NCBI GenBank assembly: GCA_036785375.1
Contig: JAWMAR010000329.1
Span: 2,046,001-2,110,000 of the forward strand
Length of the DNA stretch: 64,000 bases
Reading direction: 5' to 3'
DNA from: Leucoraja ocellata
Lineage: Eukaryota
Shown in pieces: positions 1-11,490 of this stretch (its first letter is position 1; the number at the start of each line of letters is the position of its first letter). Made by a program: the position numbers and the translations under genes. The notes under the pieces were generated by a model. It had not been told where the DNA came from, did not search any database, and worked only from the letters and a program-made list of their open reading frames with translations.

Positions 1-1236
1 TTTTTTTCACCTTCTCATTTGCATTCTTGTATTTAAGATGACCCAATTGAGTGTTGCTCTTTACTCATAAATCAGTAGCATTGCAAGTGAAATGGCCATT
101 AGAGGCTGACTTGAGATTCAGTATATGATGAACCACAGTTGGACATGCTTGTGGGGGGGGGGGGGTAACTTTGATTCTTCATCAAGACAGCTGTTTGATC
201 TCTTCTATATTTGAAATCGAGCAAAAGTTACTTTGAATTATTTCATCTGTTGTTTACTGCATATAATTCTACAGTCTAAAACCATGTTATCTCTAGAGAT
301 TAGTTAGTTGGAAAGCAAGTAGATTGCTGGGGAATGATTTGGTTCAGGTTGGAGGATTGAATTGAAGAATAAAGAAATCCAAATTAATGTAAGTGTATTT
401 TAGACCTTGCGAATGTCTCCAATTAATAGCTCAAACAACAACTTCAAAGAGCCTACACAGGCATGATTATCTGAATGGTAGCCTCCTGTGCTATAAGATT
501 CTCTAATCAACATTTTACTCCCTTCTGGACATATCTCCCAGAGTCCGATTAAGGTCTATGTGACCATGCAAATCGTCATAAATATTTTCTTAGGTTTGCA
601 GAAGGCTTTGTACTATTTCACTTGTTATTCCACACAGCCATCATGCTGAATGTGTGCCAGATCCTCCCTTTCTTCCAACTGCTCTTTGTGCAGATACTCT
701 TATCTGTTTCCTCACTGCTTCGTATGATGTGTAAAATCTTTTTGAAATAGAAATTACTTAAATAACTTTATTATAACAACCCAGTGAAAGATTAAACAGC
801 AGTGAGGCTGAAATTTGGCATTTTCATATTTCCTACATTTACCACAACTGAATAAAATGTTATCAAAGTGAAAAATCTGATTGCATCGATTCAGTGTATT
901 ACATTAATCGCATTTTGATGGAATACCAAGGAAAATTGACAATTTCAATTTCTTGGTAGGGAAAGTTGTTACATGCCCTTCCTATGAATGCTGGAAAGTG
1001 AAATCTATATTTTAATTCGGCTACAATGTACTATCGTACATATAATAGATGATGTCCTTTATCCCCCAAGCAGGGTGGCTTAATTAAAACGGTCTTTCAC
1101 AGAGTTGGGCTTGAATTAGGTGTCAGATATGAGACCTTTTATCATTCCAAAGCTGGCCAAAAAAATGGAAGTTCTTACAATATAATTTGTCTAATGAGGC
1201 AAAAAAACTCACCATGAGCTGCATTAAGTGGGTGCA

Positions 1237-1425
1237 AGAAATTGCAGATGCTGGTTTACAAAAGAAAACACAAAGTGTTAGAGAAACTCAGCAAGTCGGG
1301 CAGCATCTCTGGAGAAGATTGATAGGTGATGTTTTAGATCGGGACCCTTCTTCACACACCTGAAGAAGGGTCCTGACCGAAGTCACCTATCCATGGTCTC
1401 CAGAGATACTGCCTGACCCGGTGAG
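1237..1425. repeat. Penelope-terminal-repeat fold-back
   Basis: GGCAGCATCTCTGGAGAAGATTGATAGGTGA versus TCACCTATCCATGGTCTCCAGAGATACTGCC. Confidence 0.8.
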
Positions 1426-2099
1426 CACAAGCGTGAAAGCATAGAGTCCTTTCCCCAGGATAGGGGAATCTTCTCACTTCCCCCATATGCATACACCCTT
1501 CTGATTACATCTGTAATAATGGAATGGCCAGGTTGTTTATTGCAGTCGGATATCATTCTGCATATTTGGCTGAGCCCTTTTGAATGATTTTCTTTTTGCA
1601 GTAGATTATAGATTAGAGATCATGGATTATGATCTACGCAATGCATCTGTCACCTTTGTTACCATGCTACTGTATATCATCTCATCCAAACAGATTGACA
1701 GTCAAAGGCACTGAATTATAAGTACACTATTGAACATTGTCAAGTCGGGTAAAGAAAGGAAAATGTGCATAAGACTGCCTTGTAAAGTTCATTTTCAGTG
1801 ACAGAGCTGTTGTTTGACATCTGACAAGTCAAGATGAGTTTATCATTATGTGTGCAAGTACGATGAAGTACAGGAGCAATGAAAGCTGTGCTTGCAGCAG
1901 CTTCACGAGCACATAGCCTCAGGCAAACACACAAAAATCACATTGTGCACAACTGTGAAAAGAAAATAACTGCAAAGAAACAAACATTAATGCAAAATCT
2001 AGAGAACAAGACAGCGACAGTGCAAGAGGTAGGATGTAGTGGTCTGGTGAGGTAGAATTAGGGTTGTGCAGGGCAGTACAAGAACTTGGTGATTATGGA

Positions 2100-2455
2100 T
2101 CGTGGTTGTGGAGAGGATGTTTCACTAGTGGGAGAGTCTCGGACCTGAAGTCATAGTCACAGAATTAAAGGATGTTTCTTTAGGAAGGAGATGAGGGGGA
2201 GGAATTTCTTTAGGATTTCTAAAATTTCTGTAGGTGGTGAATCTGTGGAATTCTTTCCCACAGAAGGCTGCGGAGGCCATGTCAATGGATATTTTTAAGG
2301 CAGAGATAGATTCTTCATTAGTACGGGTGTCGAGTATAATGGGGAGAAGGCAGTAGAATGTGGTTAGGAGGGAGAGAGAGATCAGCCATGATTGAATGTC
2401 AGAGTAGACTTGATGGGTAAATGGCCTAATTCCACTCTTATCACATGACCTTATG
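2100..2455 (+). mobile_element. CR1 LINE 3' end inserted in an older minus-strand LINE remnant (about 1835-2520)
   Basis: Typical CR1 3' end (GTGGTGAATCTGTGGAATTC...GATCAGCCATGATTGAATG...AATGGCCTAATTC). Confidence 0.8.
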
Positions 2456-2529
2456 ATTATAGGAAAGTGACTGTTCCTGAACCTGATGGTGTGGGACTTT
2501 GGGCTTCAGTCTTTCCTTTCTAATATCAT

Positions 2530-2703
2530 AGTCATAAATGTTATTGTACCTACCTCAACTCCTTGCTCTGGCAGATCATTCCATATAATCCCCAACCGTG
2601 TGGTGATAAAGTTGCCCCCCCCCCTCAGGTTCCTATAAAATCTTTCCCTTGTTGCATTAAACCAATGCCTTCTAGTTCTTGATTCGCCTATCCTGGGAAA
2701 GAA

Positions 2704-2735
<32 letters not shown>

Positions 2736-2970
2736 CCTTAAGATCTTAACCTTTAACCTCCTGCACTCCAAGAAGTAGCTCGAGCTGCCCAACTTCTCCC
2801 TGCACTTGAATCCGGGCAAAATCCTCAAATAATCTACTCTGCGCGTTTTCCAACTTAATCCCATCTTTTCTATAGCAGGGTGACCAGAACAGAACATTAT
2901 TATATATTATTATAACAGAACATTATTATATATTATTATAACAGAACATTATTATATATACTCCCAAGTG
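2530..2970 (-). mobile_element. Degenerate CR1 fragment with (TATC)n and a roughly 26-bp tandem repeat
   Basis: Reverse-complement CR1 3' motifs, (TATC)n at 2705-2734, AGAACATTATTATATATTATTATAAC units at about 2891-2960. Confidence 0.7.
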
Positions 2971-3114
2971 TGGTGCAAAATCATCCATATGGCCCCAGTT
3001 TTGTCGGTGTAAAGATCAATCTGTGTTGTCGTTTTAAAAATATATATAATTTCTATTGAATTCCATGAAATTATAATTTCTTTTTTTTTTTTTAATTATT
3101 TCCTATGTCACCAG

Positions 3115-3264
3115 CCTTTATGTCATAAGCAGCAATGCCTGGAACATGACAAGAATCTTGTTTCTTACCTGTCTCATGTGCTGGATATTGAGTTGAGGCT
3201 GAAGCAACAGAAGCCAGTCGGTGACAACCTGCCAAGGCTTCTTGAACAATTGCATGTGGCAAAG
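3115..3264 (+). CDS. MACF1: MACF1 exon, MACF1b-type segment (PLCHKQQCLEHDKNLVSYLS...HVAK), phase 0-0
   Basis: Polypyrimidine tract and CAG acceptor, GTTAGT donor, 150 nt open. Resembles human MACF1b QCLEHDEKLVSYLS (recalled). Confidence 0.85.
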
Positions 3265-3329
3265 GTTAGTCCATCATGCCTAATAGTCAAGAATGATATT
3301 TATTTATCGGAACTCAATTCTGCTTTGTA

Positions 3330-3556
3330 GAAACAGGAAACTGCAGATGCTGGTTTACCAAAGAAAGACACAAAGTGCTGGAGTAACTCAGCATGTCAGA
3401 CAGCATCTCTCGAGACCATGGATAGCTAATGTTTTGGGGGTCAGGTCTCTTCTTCAGTCACTTCTGAAGAAGGTACCCAACCTGAAATGTCACCTATCCA
3501 TATTCTCCAGGAATGCTGCCTGATCCACTGAGTTACTCCAGCACTTTGCATCTTTC
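3330..3556. repeat. Penelope-terminal-repeat fold-back (inverted pair)
   Basis: Arms 3362-3457 and 3464-3556 are reverse complements (CAAAGTGCTGGAGTAACTCAG / CTGAGTTACTCCAGCACTTTG). Confidence 0.85.
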
Positions 3557-3697
3557 CTTGAATTTTGGTTTGGACTTTTTCCTTAAATTTTGCTTAGTTA
3601 AACTGTGCATTGCATTCTATTTATTTGTTTTGATATCTGATTTTTATAATTATTGAAAATGCTGAAGTATTTCACACTGTCTTCACACTGTTTTTAG

Positions 3698-3907
3698 GGC
3701 TTTGAAGCAGAACTTGAGAAGCTATCAGTCCAGATTGACCAAGAGATGATATTGGTTAAGATACTCGAAGGATGCACACATGTACCTGATCAATTACAGA
3801 AGGCACTTGAGAAAGACTCGAAAAGCTTGCAGATCTCATTTACCTCAGTCCGTGAGCAGTCAAAAGCTTGGCACGGAGCTTTGACAGACGTTCTGGCAAC
3901 TAAGAAA
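3698..3907 (+). CDS. MACF1: MACF1 exon, MACF1b-type (GFEAELEKL...KALEKDSKSLQ...ATKK), phase 0-0
   Basis: TTTTTAG acceptor, GTAAGC donor, 210 nt open. Resembles human VPAQLLKALEKDAKNLQ (recalled). Confidence 0.87.
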
Positions 3908-4599
3908 GTAAGCTAAGTGAAAGACAGAAAATCAAATCATTTAAAAATATATATTTCTTGGCATTCTCCCTTCTTTTGTGTGCATTATCCGTGATCAGTG
4001 TATAAAGGTCATCTAATGAAAGTATATACTTGGTGATTAGTTTGTTTAGTTTAGAGATACAGCAAGGAAACAGGCCCTTCCGCCCACCGAGTCTGTGCCA
4101 ACCAGGGATCACTCCATCCACTAGCACTATCCTATACACTAGGAACAATTTGCAATTTTTACTGAAGCCAATTAATCTACAAATCTGTATGTCTGCCATC
4201 AATTGAACCTGTATGAGGATAACATGTAATCAAAGGTAAATTATTGAACTGTTGTCAGTGGACATGCAACCTTGATGTGAATGGCTGCACATCCATTAGT
4301 ATTTGCAGTTCCTGAACTGCCACTTAAGCTGGAGTTTTTCAACTATTACATCATGTTAATGTACGTCCAAATCAATCTTGGACCAATTTATCACTAACTT
4401 AGTAACTGGAATTTGTGATGGTTCATTAAATCACAATGCTGATCCTGCATCATTTTTTATTGTCCTGGATTGGAAACCAAATAATGGTTGTTCTGTTTCT
4501 TCAACTGATCAGGCATTTACCTTCAATGGAGGTCAACTATCCTCAAGATATGACCTTAATAATTTGTAATAACTGAAACTCATTTGGTATTTGTTTTAA

Positions 4600-5109
4600 A
4601 GGGGCTGTCCCACTTGGGCGATCTAATCCGTGAGTTCTGGCGAATTTGCCCTTGACTCGTACTCACAGCATGGTCGACACGAGGTCGTAGGAGGTTTTCG
4701 TAACTCTCCTTCATGCTCGAGAGTAGTCTCCGCCTACTCAAGGCCTCAGCTAGGTCGTGGCGTTTTTGTCAATCTGTTAAAAAATGCCCGCGAGTAAAAA
4801 AAGGTCGCCATGGAAAAAATCGATACTTTTTTTACTCGGAGGTTTAGTCGTAGTAGGTCGTCATGTTAGTCGTAGGTAATCGAGCGTAGTCGAAGGTAGT
4901 CGTAGATAGTCTTCATCATAGTCGAAGGGAGGTCGAAGGAGATCGAAGGAGGTCGTCTTCACTCTCCACTATTCGACGTCCAATTTTCCCAAAGTTTGTC
5001 GTAGCTAGTCGAAGCTGGTCTTCAACATAGTCGAAGGAGGTCTTCAACATGTCATTTTTTCAAACTCTTCTAAACTCGCCAATTAGGTCGCCCAAGTGGG
5101 ACAGCCCCT
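4600..5109. mobile_element. Non-autonomous DNA transposon (MITE), PIF/Harbinger-type
   Basis: About 28-bp TIRs AGGGGCTGTCCCACTTGGGCGA(T/C)CTAAT, TAA duplication at 4597-4599 and 5110-5112, CpG-rich internal GTCGTAG/GTCGAAGG repeats. Confidence 0.85.
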
Positions 5110-5904
5110 TAAGTGTGCTGATTTTTGACACTTTGTCATAAAGCAGCCAGAGTACTGTATATCAGTTATAATTAAATGAAACAAAAAATAAAGAGAAAGT
5201 GTTGGCTTGCTGTCTGTTATGAATGAGGGGGGAAAAAGCTTTTTCAAAAGTTTTTCCAAGGATCAGTTTCAATTTACCAGGTATCCACATCATAGGGGGA
5301 GACCAAATTTGTGAGTTGTATAATAGTGAAATATTCAGCTTCTTTCTTATAGATGAAATAGTTAATGTAAGATTAAGCTTCGATCAGTGTTCCATCTGGA
5401 CACAATATGTTACAATTAAATCTGTGCCATTGCCAGAATTGTGATCGCAGCATTTCAGCACTATACTTCAACATCAATCATAAAATACACACAGGATCAG
5501 ACAGAAAAATGAACAATGTGTGTGATGAGACAAGTTGTTTCTTTCAACCACCTGCTCTGCAGCTCCAAAACCAAAGATTGTATCCTTGAATGAGCATGCA
5601 GTTATTTTAGGTGGTCTATAAAAACTGGATTTGCTAAATTATCAGACAATATATTCAGTGATTAGTGATCACAGTGATTTGTAGCATTGTTTGCTAACAC
5701 ATTTTGCAGAGTCTAATCAGCAGTCAGATCACTAGGAATATAATTGAGAGCAAAATTCAAACAGTTGCCTTGACCTGTTACATTACAATTAAGTTAGTGA
5801 GTTTTAAAAAAGGGCCTTCGGTATTATGTTAGACAGCAGACCAGATCTTGATGGAAACCATTTCCAGTGTTTCTGACCTGGGATTGCTCATGGAGTCTAC
5901 ATTT

Positions 5905-6178
5905 CATTACCTCGCAGTGCCAGAGATAGAGGTTCGATCCCAACTTTGGGTGCTGTCTGTGAGAACTGTTTGAATGTTCTCCCTGTGACCATGTGGCCTT
6001 CCTCTGGGTGTTCTGGTTTCCTCCCAAATCCCAAATGTGTGTGGGTTTGTAGGTTAATTGGCCTCTGTAACTTGCCCTGGTATGTTGGGAGTAAATGCAA
6101 AAGTGGGATAACATAGAACTAGTGATGGTCAGCGTGGACTCGATGGGCCGAATAGCCTGTTTCCATACTGTATCTTTC
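5905..6178 (+). mobile_element. tRNA-derived SINE (HE1/V-SINE-like)
   Basis: B-box GGTTCGATCC at 5931-5940, central TCTGGTTTCCTCCCA domain, CR1-like tail. Confidence 0.85.
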
Positions 6179-7379
6179 AGAGGGAAGTTCTCTTGATGGA
6201 CAAGAAAAATGAAAAAGTAATAATTTGCTCCAAATGTGTTTTTTAATTTTGCCCATAAATAGCAACAGGAAAATGACAAGATAATCTGTTTTTAATTATG
6301 TTGTTTGAGATAAGAGAGGAATGGTTCTGAATATACTGCACATGTGGCTATATTAGTTATCCTTTTGAATGGGTGTTTGGTCAATGGGCTCAATTTAGCC
6401 AACTGTCTAAGTTTTTAAGCCGTTTGCACCACTCACTGCTGTTGCTGGGAAATGTAATTCAATATAGCATCTCTCCACAAGGTAAAGAAGTATGTAAAAA
6501 GTGAGGCCATGCTGGGTGCAGGTTGCCAGTTGCTGGCAGTGGGTTCTGGTTTACCAAAGGCTGCATTCGGAAAGTTTAACAAGTGTTTTTGCCCTTCTGC
6601 ATAAGGGAATAAAATAACAACATCTGACTTGTGTAATTGAAGTTACATTTCTCAAAATGTGGCTGGACATTGACAGTTGTGGAGATCTAATAGAAACAGT
6701 CCAGTTAAAGAGAGGTTTATACTTCTATCATCCCCTCTAGGATTCAAGGTGATCAAGAAATGAATTGCATTAGAAATTGCTGTTCTCATGTAGGGAACAT
6801 ACTGTAGCGTGCACCCAGAAATAGCAATAGCCAAACGACTAGATAATCTGTTTTTAATTGGGTTTGTTGAGGTATGTGTTGGCCGGGACTCTTGGGATTA
6901 TTCCCCTTCTCTTCCAAAATCTTTGAGAGAAGTTGGGCGTCTCAAAAGTTTAAAATCATTCCACATGATGGCTTCCTTGGGTGGGCAGCGTACTTACTAT
7001 CGGAGCTGCAAGGTCAACTCAGATTTTTGAGGAGGGCCTGAACCCACAAATTTATGTTGGTTGCTTGGAAAGGTAAAAGATCATAAGGTAATTTCAAATT
7101 TGTTTGGTTGAGATATGTCGTGACTGTTTCTGAATATCATGCATATGTCGAAATACTAGTTATTCAGTTGAATAGGTGTTTGTTTAACGGGCACCATTTT
7201 AACTAGTTGGGCACTTGAGTAATTTCATTAGGTAGATCACATTATCTATTTTATACGCTGATTTCTTCAGGAACCCAAAATAAAAAATTCAGATAATCAT
7301 AACTTGTAGGTGTAGTAATGATTTGAATTTTAGGGGAAGCAGAACTCCTGGCAAGAAGCAATAACTACCCTATGAGTTT

Positions 7380-7700
7380 ACTTTAGAGGTACTGCATGGA
7401 AACTAGCCCTTTGGACCACTGAATCCATACTGGCCATCCATCACCCATTGACACTACTTCTATGTTACCCCAGTTTTCGCATCCACTCTGTACGCACGAG
7501 AGTCACACTAACCTACAAACCCGCACGTCTTTGGGAAGTGGGGGGGGGGGGGGGGGAAGCCGGGGCACCTGGAGGAAACCAACGCTGTCACGGGGAGAAC
7601 CTGCAAACTCCACTTAGGCAGCCTCCGAGGACTGGATCGAACGTGGTTTGGGGTTGGCTCTGTGAGGCAGCAGCTCCACCAGCTGTGTCATTGCACTGGT
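7380..7700 (-). mobile_element. tRNA-derived SINE
   Basis: Same family, with a G-run expansion. Confidence 0.75.
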
Positions 7701-7961
7701 CACCCGCATGAGGCACAGGGTTTGAACAGTGAGAATGTGACGCCAATACCTGAATATGCAAAAATAAGATAGAGATTTAAGTAAAATTGTCATTCCAAAT
7801 ATGTAGAATTCTTTTGCAATTACATAATTTAATGAGCCAATATCACTGTTATTTCAAGAAAATATATTTGTTCCTATCCTCATAGATTTAATCACAAAGT
7901 GTAGATTTATGCTTTTGCTATATGACATGTTTACAATTAGTCCTCCCATTCTTTTTTGTAG

Positions 7962-8198
7962 GAGCTAGAGGGATCATCGTCACACACTAAAGCAGATATT
8001 GATGAAGTGAATTTTGATATTCAACGTTTTAATACTGATCATGCTCAAGCCTCAAGCCCTCAACAAAGCAGCATGTTGTTGCATAAACAATTAGATGACC
8101 CATTTGGGTCATTCGGAAACATTTCTGAAAATATTGGGGCATGGACTTCACCACCAGATCTTCAGCTTCAGGATAACGTGTCTGTGGAACCCAAGCAG
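7962..8198 (+). CDS. MACF1: MACF1 exon, MACF1b-type (ELEGSS...FDIQRFNTDHAQASSPQQ...EPKQ), phase 0-0
   Basis: TTTTTTGTAG acceptor, CAG|GTTTGG donor, 237 nt open. Resembles human FDIQFFISEHAQDLSPQQ (recalled). Confidence 0.82.
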
Positions 8199-8664
8199 GT
8201 TTGGACCAGCCAGCAATTAGATGTGAAATACAATAGTTTTGAGCCGTAGAAAATATTTCTAAAGCAAAATGTCAGGTGTGATATAATGCATTATCGGACA
8301 ATGGGTAAAAGTGAGAACCTAGTTATTATGAATATTAAGATATGCAAATAAATGCATTTCAAGTGCAAACTGCTGAAAAAGTAAAAACGGACATTGTAGC
8401 TTTTAAGCCACTTGTTGAAAAGTTGCTTTACTGTCAAAATCTTCACACAGTGAATGTACATAAATAAAACTGTAATCCACTATCCAATTTGGAAATCCTG
8501 CATCTCTGGCATCTGGCTGGCCAGCTGATACTTGAGATGTCCACTTTCCACAGCACCAGTTCCTGTGGCCCCAAGCCACTTGCAGCTCCCTGATGGCCGT
8601 GCTCCTCTCCTTGCACTGAGACCCCAGTTATCCTGTTGGCATTCCCGTCCCTGCACTTTCCGAC

Positions 8665-8840
8665 CACTTGAGAGAAGGAATGGGTGACGTTTCGGGTCGC
8701 GACCCTTCTTCTAAAGATGAGTCTTGACCCAAAATGTCACCCATTCCTTCTATCCAGAGATGCTGCCTGTCTCGCTGAGTTACTCCAGCATTTTGTGTCT
8801 GTTTTCGGTGTAAACCAGTATCTGCAGTTCTTTCCTACAC
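8665..8840. repeat. Penelope-terminal-repeat fold-back
   Basis: AGAAGGAATGGGTGAC...GTCACCCATTCCTTCT inverted arms. Confidence 0.8.
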
Positions 8841-8864
8841 TTTCCGAGCAATTGATGGGACTCT

Positions 8865-9160
8865 GTTAGACAATAGGTGCAGGAGTAGGCCATTCGGCCC
8901 TTTGAGCTAGCACAGCCATTCAATGTGATCATGGCTGATCATCCCCAATCAGTATCCCGTTCCTGCCTTCACCCCATATCCCCTGACTACACTATTTTTA
9001 AGAGCCCTATCTAGCTCTCTCTTGAAAACATCCAGAGAACCTGCCTCCACCGCCTTCTGAGGCAGAGAATTCCCCAGACTCGCCACTCTCTGTGAGAAAA
9101 AGTGTTTCCTTGTCTCCGTTCTAAATGGCTTATTCTTAAACTGTGGCCCCTAGTTCTGGA
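8865..9160 (-). mobile_element. CR1 LINE 3' end
   Basis: GCAGGAGTAGGCCATTCGGCCC tail; the reverse strand encodes RTRGHSLRI. Confidence 0.85.
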
Positions 9161-10561
9161 GTTCTGAAGTTTCAGGCTTCCAGTTCTGCGCACTGGGAAG
9201 CGGGTTCACCCTCCCCTTTGCCACTCGCCAGTAGCGGGTTTCCATGCACCCTTGATGCTCACAAGGGTCCTGTAGATAGATTTGTATAATAATTCAATTA
9301 AATTAGAAATAAAGGAACTTGGATGGATTGGCTGTTTGAAAGAAAATGTGCTGATCTGTATTCGGCTGATATAAACGTTGATTGGCAGTGTGCTTGCTGA
9401 TTTTACCACAGTTTAATGTGACTGGGCAAAACAGCTGACATACCAAGTACATTTAAGAGATTCCATGTAATTTCCGTCCATGGCACATCAATGGTCCAAC
9501 TTGCGCTCGATTTGGGTTCTTCATAAAGCTGCTCCAATAATCTTTTTTCCTTTAATCTAATGCCAGTCAGTAGCCTCAGCCATGTGTGTATTGTGTGTGT
9601 AAGTGTGATGTCTGAAATGTCTGTGGATTATTTCTCTGTCTTGTTCAGTTGCAATGCTTTCAGTAACACTCTAACCAATGTTCTTTGAGTCAATCTTGTA
9701 ATCTGTTTTGCCTTGCTTTTTTCAGATACTTTTGTTCCGTTAACCGCCACGGCTCACATAATGAAGATAATGCTTTGCAGTGGATCTGAAAATGGTCATT
9801 GAAGTGTTAACTGTGGTTTTTAACCATGAGACCACATGCTAATAGTTCTTGTCATTGTCCTATAACAGCTGATTCTTCACTGCTTCTATAATGTATTTCC
9901 GTGAAATCTCCACACAGTGGCTTCCCTGTATATTTGTGACACATCTTGCTCAATTGTACTAATTCATAATGTGATATCTGTAGTCCATCTAAAGGCTGGA
10001 GATGAGGACTATTTGCTTGTGACTGCTGTTTAATTTCAAGCAGCTCTTTGAAAATTGCTCAGACAAATGTTCACAGAATTCTGAGTGTGTAGTGTAAGCA
10101 TTTTATGTGCATATTGCAGCACATTCTAACATCACCCATCAATTTTCTTTCATCTGCCATGCAATCATGTGCATTAAACTTTAATCAACCAGTTTGAATC
10201 CATCTAGTTTTGAAGATCACAGATTATTATCTCTCAAGCTTAGCTTTCTAAATCTCATTCAGAACTTAAATATTTCAAATCAATTATTAAATCTAAAGTT
10301 ATACCATTGTGGACCTCATACGTGTTCAGATGATTTGAAGGCAAATTGCACAACTACATGTGCATGACAATTGTTTTTGGATTGGGTTTAATCAAGTAAA
10401 AAAATGTTTGGCTTATGAAAACAAAATCTGCATGGATCTATTGTGTCCACCCAGCCAGAGATGATCTATAGACATCATTAAGTTGTATTTCAAAATGCCA
10501 GTTATGTGAATTAGCAGCACATAAATGGAAAGAAGGAATGTACATTCTAGTTTTGTTTCAG

Positions 10562-10711
10562 ACGCGACAGGAACAACAGGAGGAATGCGAGCAGAAACTG
10601 GATGAGCTTGGTACATGGCTGGCGCAGACAGCTAACATGGTGGCCAGTCACCAGGTGGCAATTAGCGAGTGTGACTTGCCAGCTCTTCATGAACAGCAGA
10701 GTGCGATTCAG
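10562..10711 (+). CDS. MACF1: MACF1 spectrin-repeat exon (TRQEQQEECEQKLDELGTWL...SAIQ)
   Basis: TTTGTTTCAG acceptor, CAG|GTTTGT donor, 150 nt, helix-A Trp of a spectrin repeat. Confidence 0.9.
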
Positions 10712-10784
10712 GTTTGTGAAGCCAATTTTATAATAATGGACTAGCTTTTGCCTTAACTCAAACTGTTTTTTCACCATCAAATTT

Positions 10785-11490
10785 AGTCATACAATGTGGA
10801 AAAAGACCCTTTGGCCCAACATTCCCATGCCGACCAACTTGCCCCAAATATAGTAGACCCACCTGCCTGTGTTTGGCCTATATTCCTCCAATTCCTCCTT
10901 GTCCCCTTTCTAAAGGAACGTCCTTTTATTCTGAGGGTATGCCCTCTGCTCCTAGACACTCCCACTAGTGGAAACATCCTCTCCATGTTTGTTCTATCCA
11001 AGCCTTTCATTGGTTAGTTAGTTAGTTAGTTCTGCTCACCCTTCTACAGGAAAGATGTGGAGACTTTGGAGAGGGGGAAGAAGAAGTTGTCTGGACTAGA
11101 GGGCATTGGATATAAGGAAGGTTGGACAAACTTGGATTGTTTTCTCTCGAGGTCTAAGGCTGAGGAGAGACCTGATAGAAGTATTAAAAAATATATGAAA
11201 GTCACAGAATCTTTATCCCAGGATTGAAATATCAAAGACTAGAGGGCATTGCTTTGTGAGAGGAGCAAAGTTTAAATGCGAGCTGTGGGTTTTTTTTTTA
11301 CGGAATGGTGGGTGCCTGGAACACATCACCGGGGGAGGTGATGGAAGCTGATACAATTTGGTATTTATGAGGGGGACATAGATATTGAGGGAATGGGGGG
11401 GGGATATAGATGATGTGTAGGGATTAGATTAATTTGGCATCGTGTTGAGTATAGACATTGTGTGCTGAAGCATCTGTCCTGAATTGTTCT
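10785..11490. mobile_element. Two adjacent CR1 3' fragments in opposite orientation (10785-11010 minus, 11045-11490 plus)
   Basis: SRSRGHTLRIKG on the minus strand; GAGACCTGATAGAAGTAT and ACTAGAGGGCAT on the plus strand. Confidence 0.75.

Noticed and set aside
4840-5050. CRISPR-like array
   Set aside because: Irregular micro-repeats inside a MITE, with no unique spacers and no cas genes; eukaryotic context.
5905-5960. tRNA gene
   Set aside because: The B-box belongs to a SINE head; no cloverleaf.
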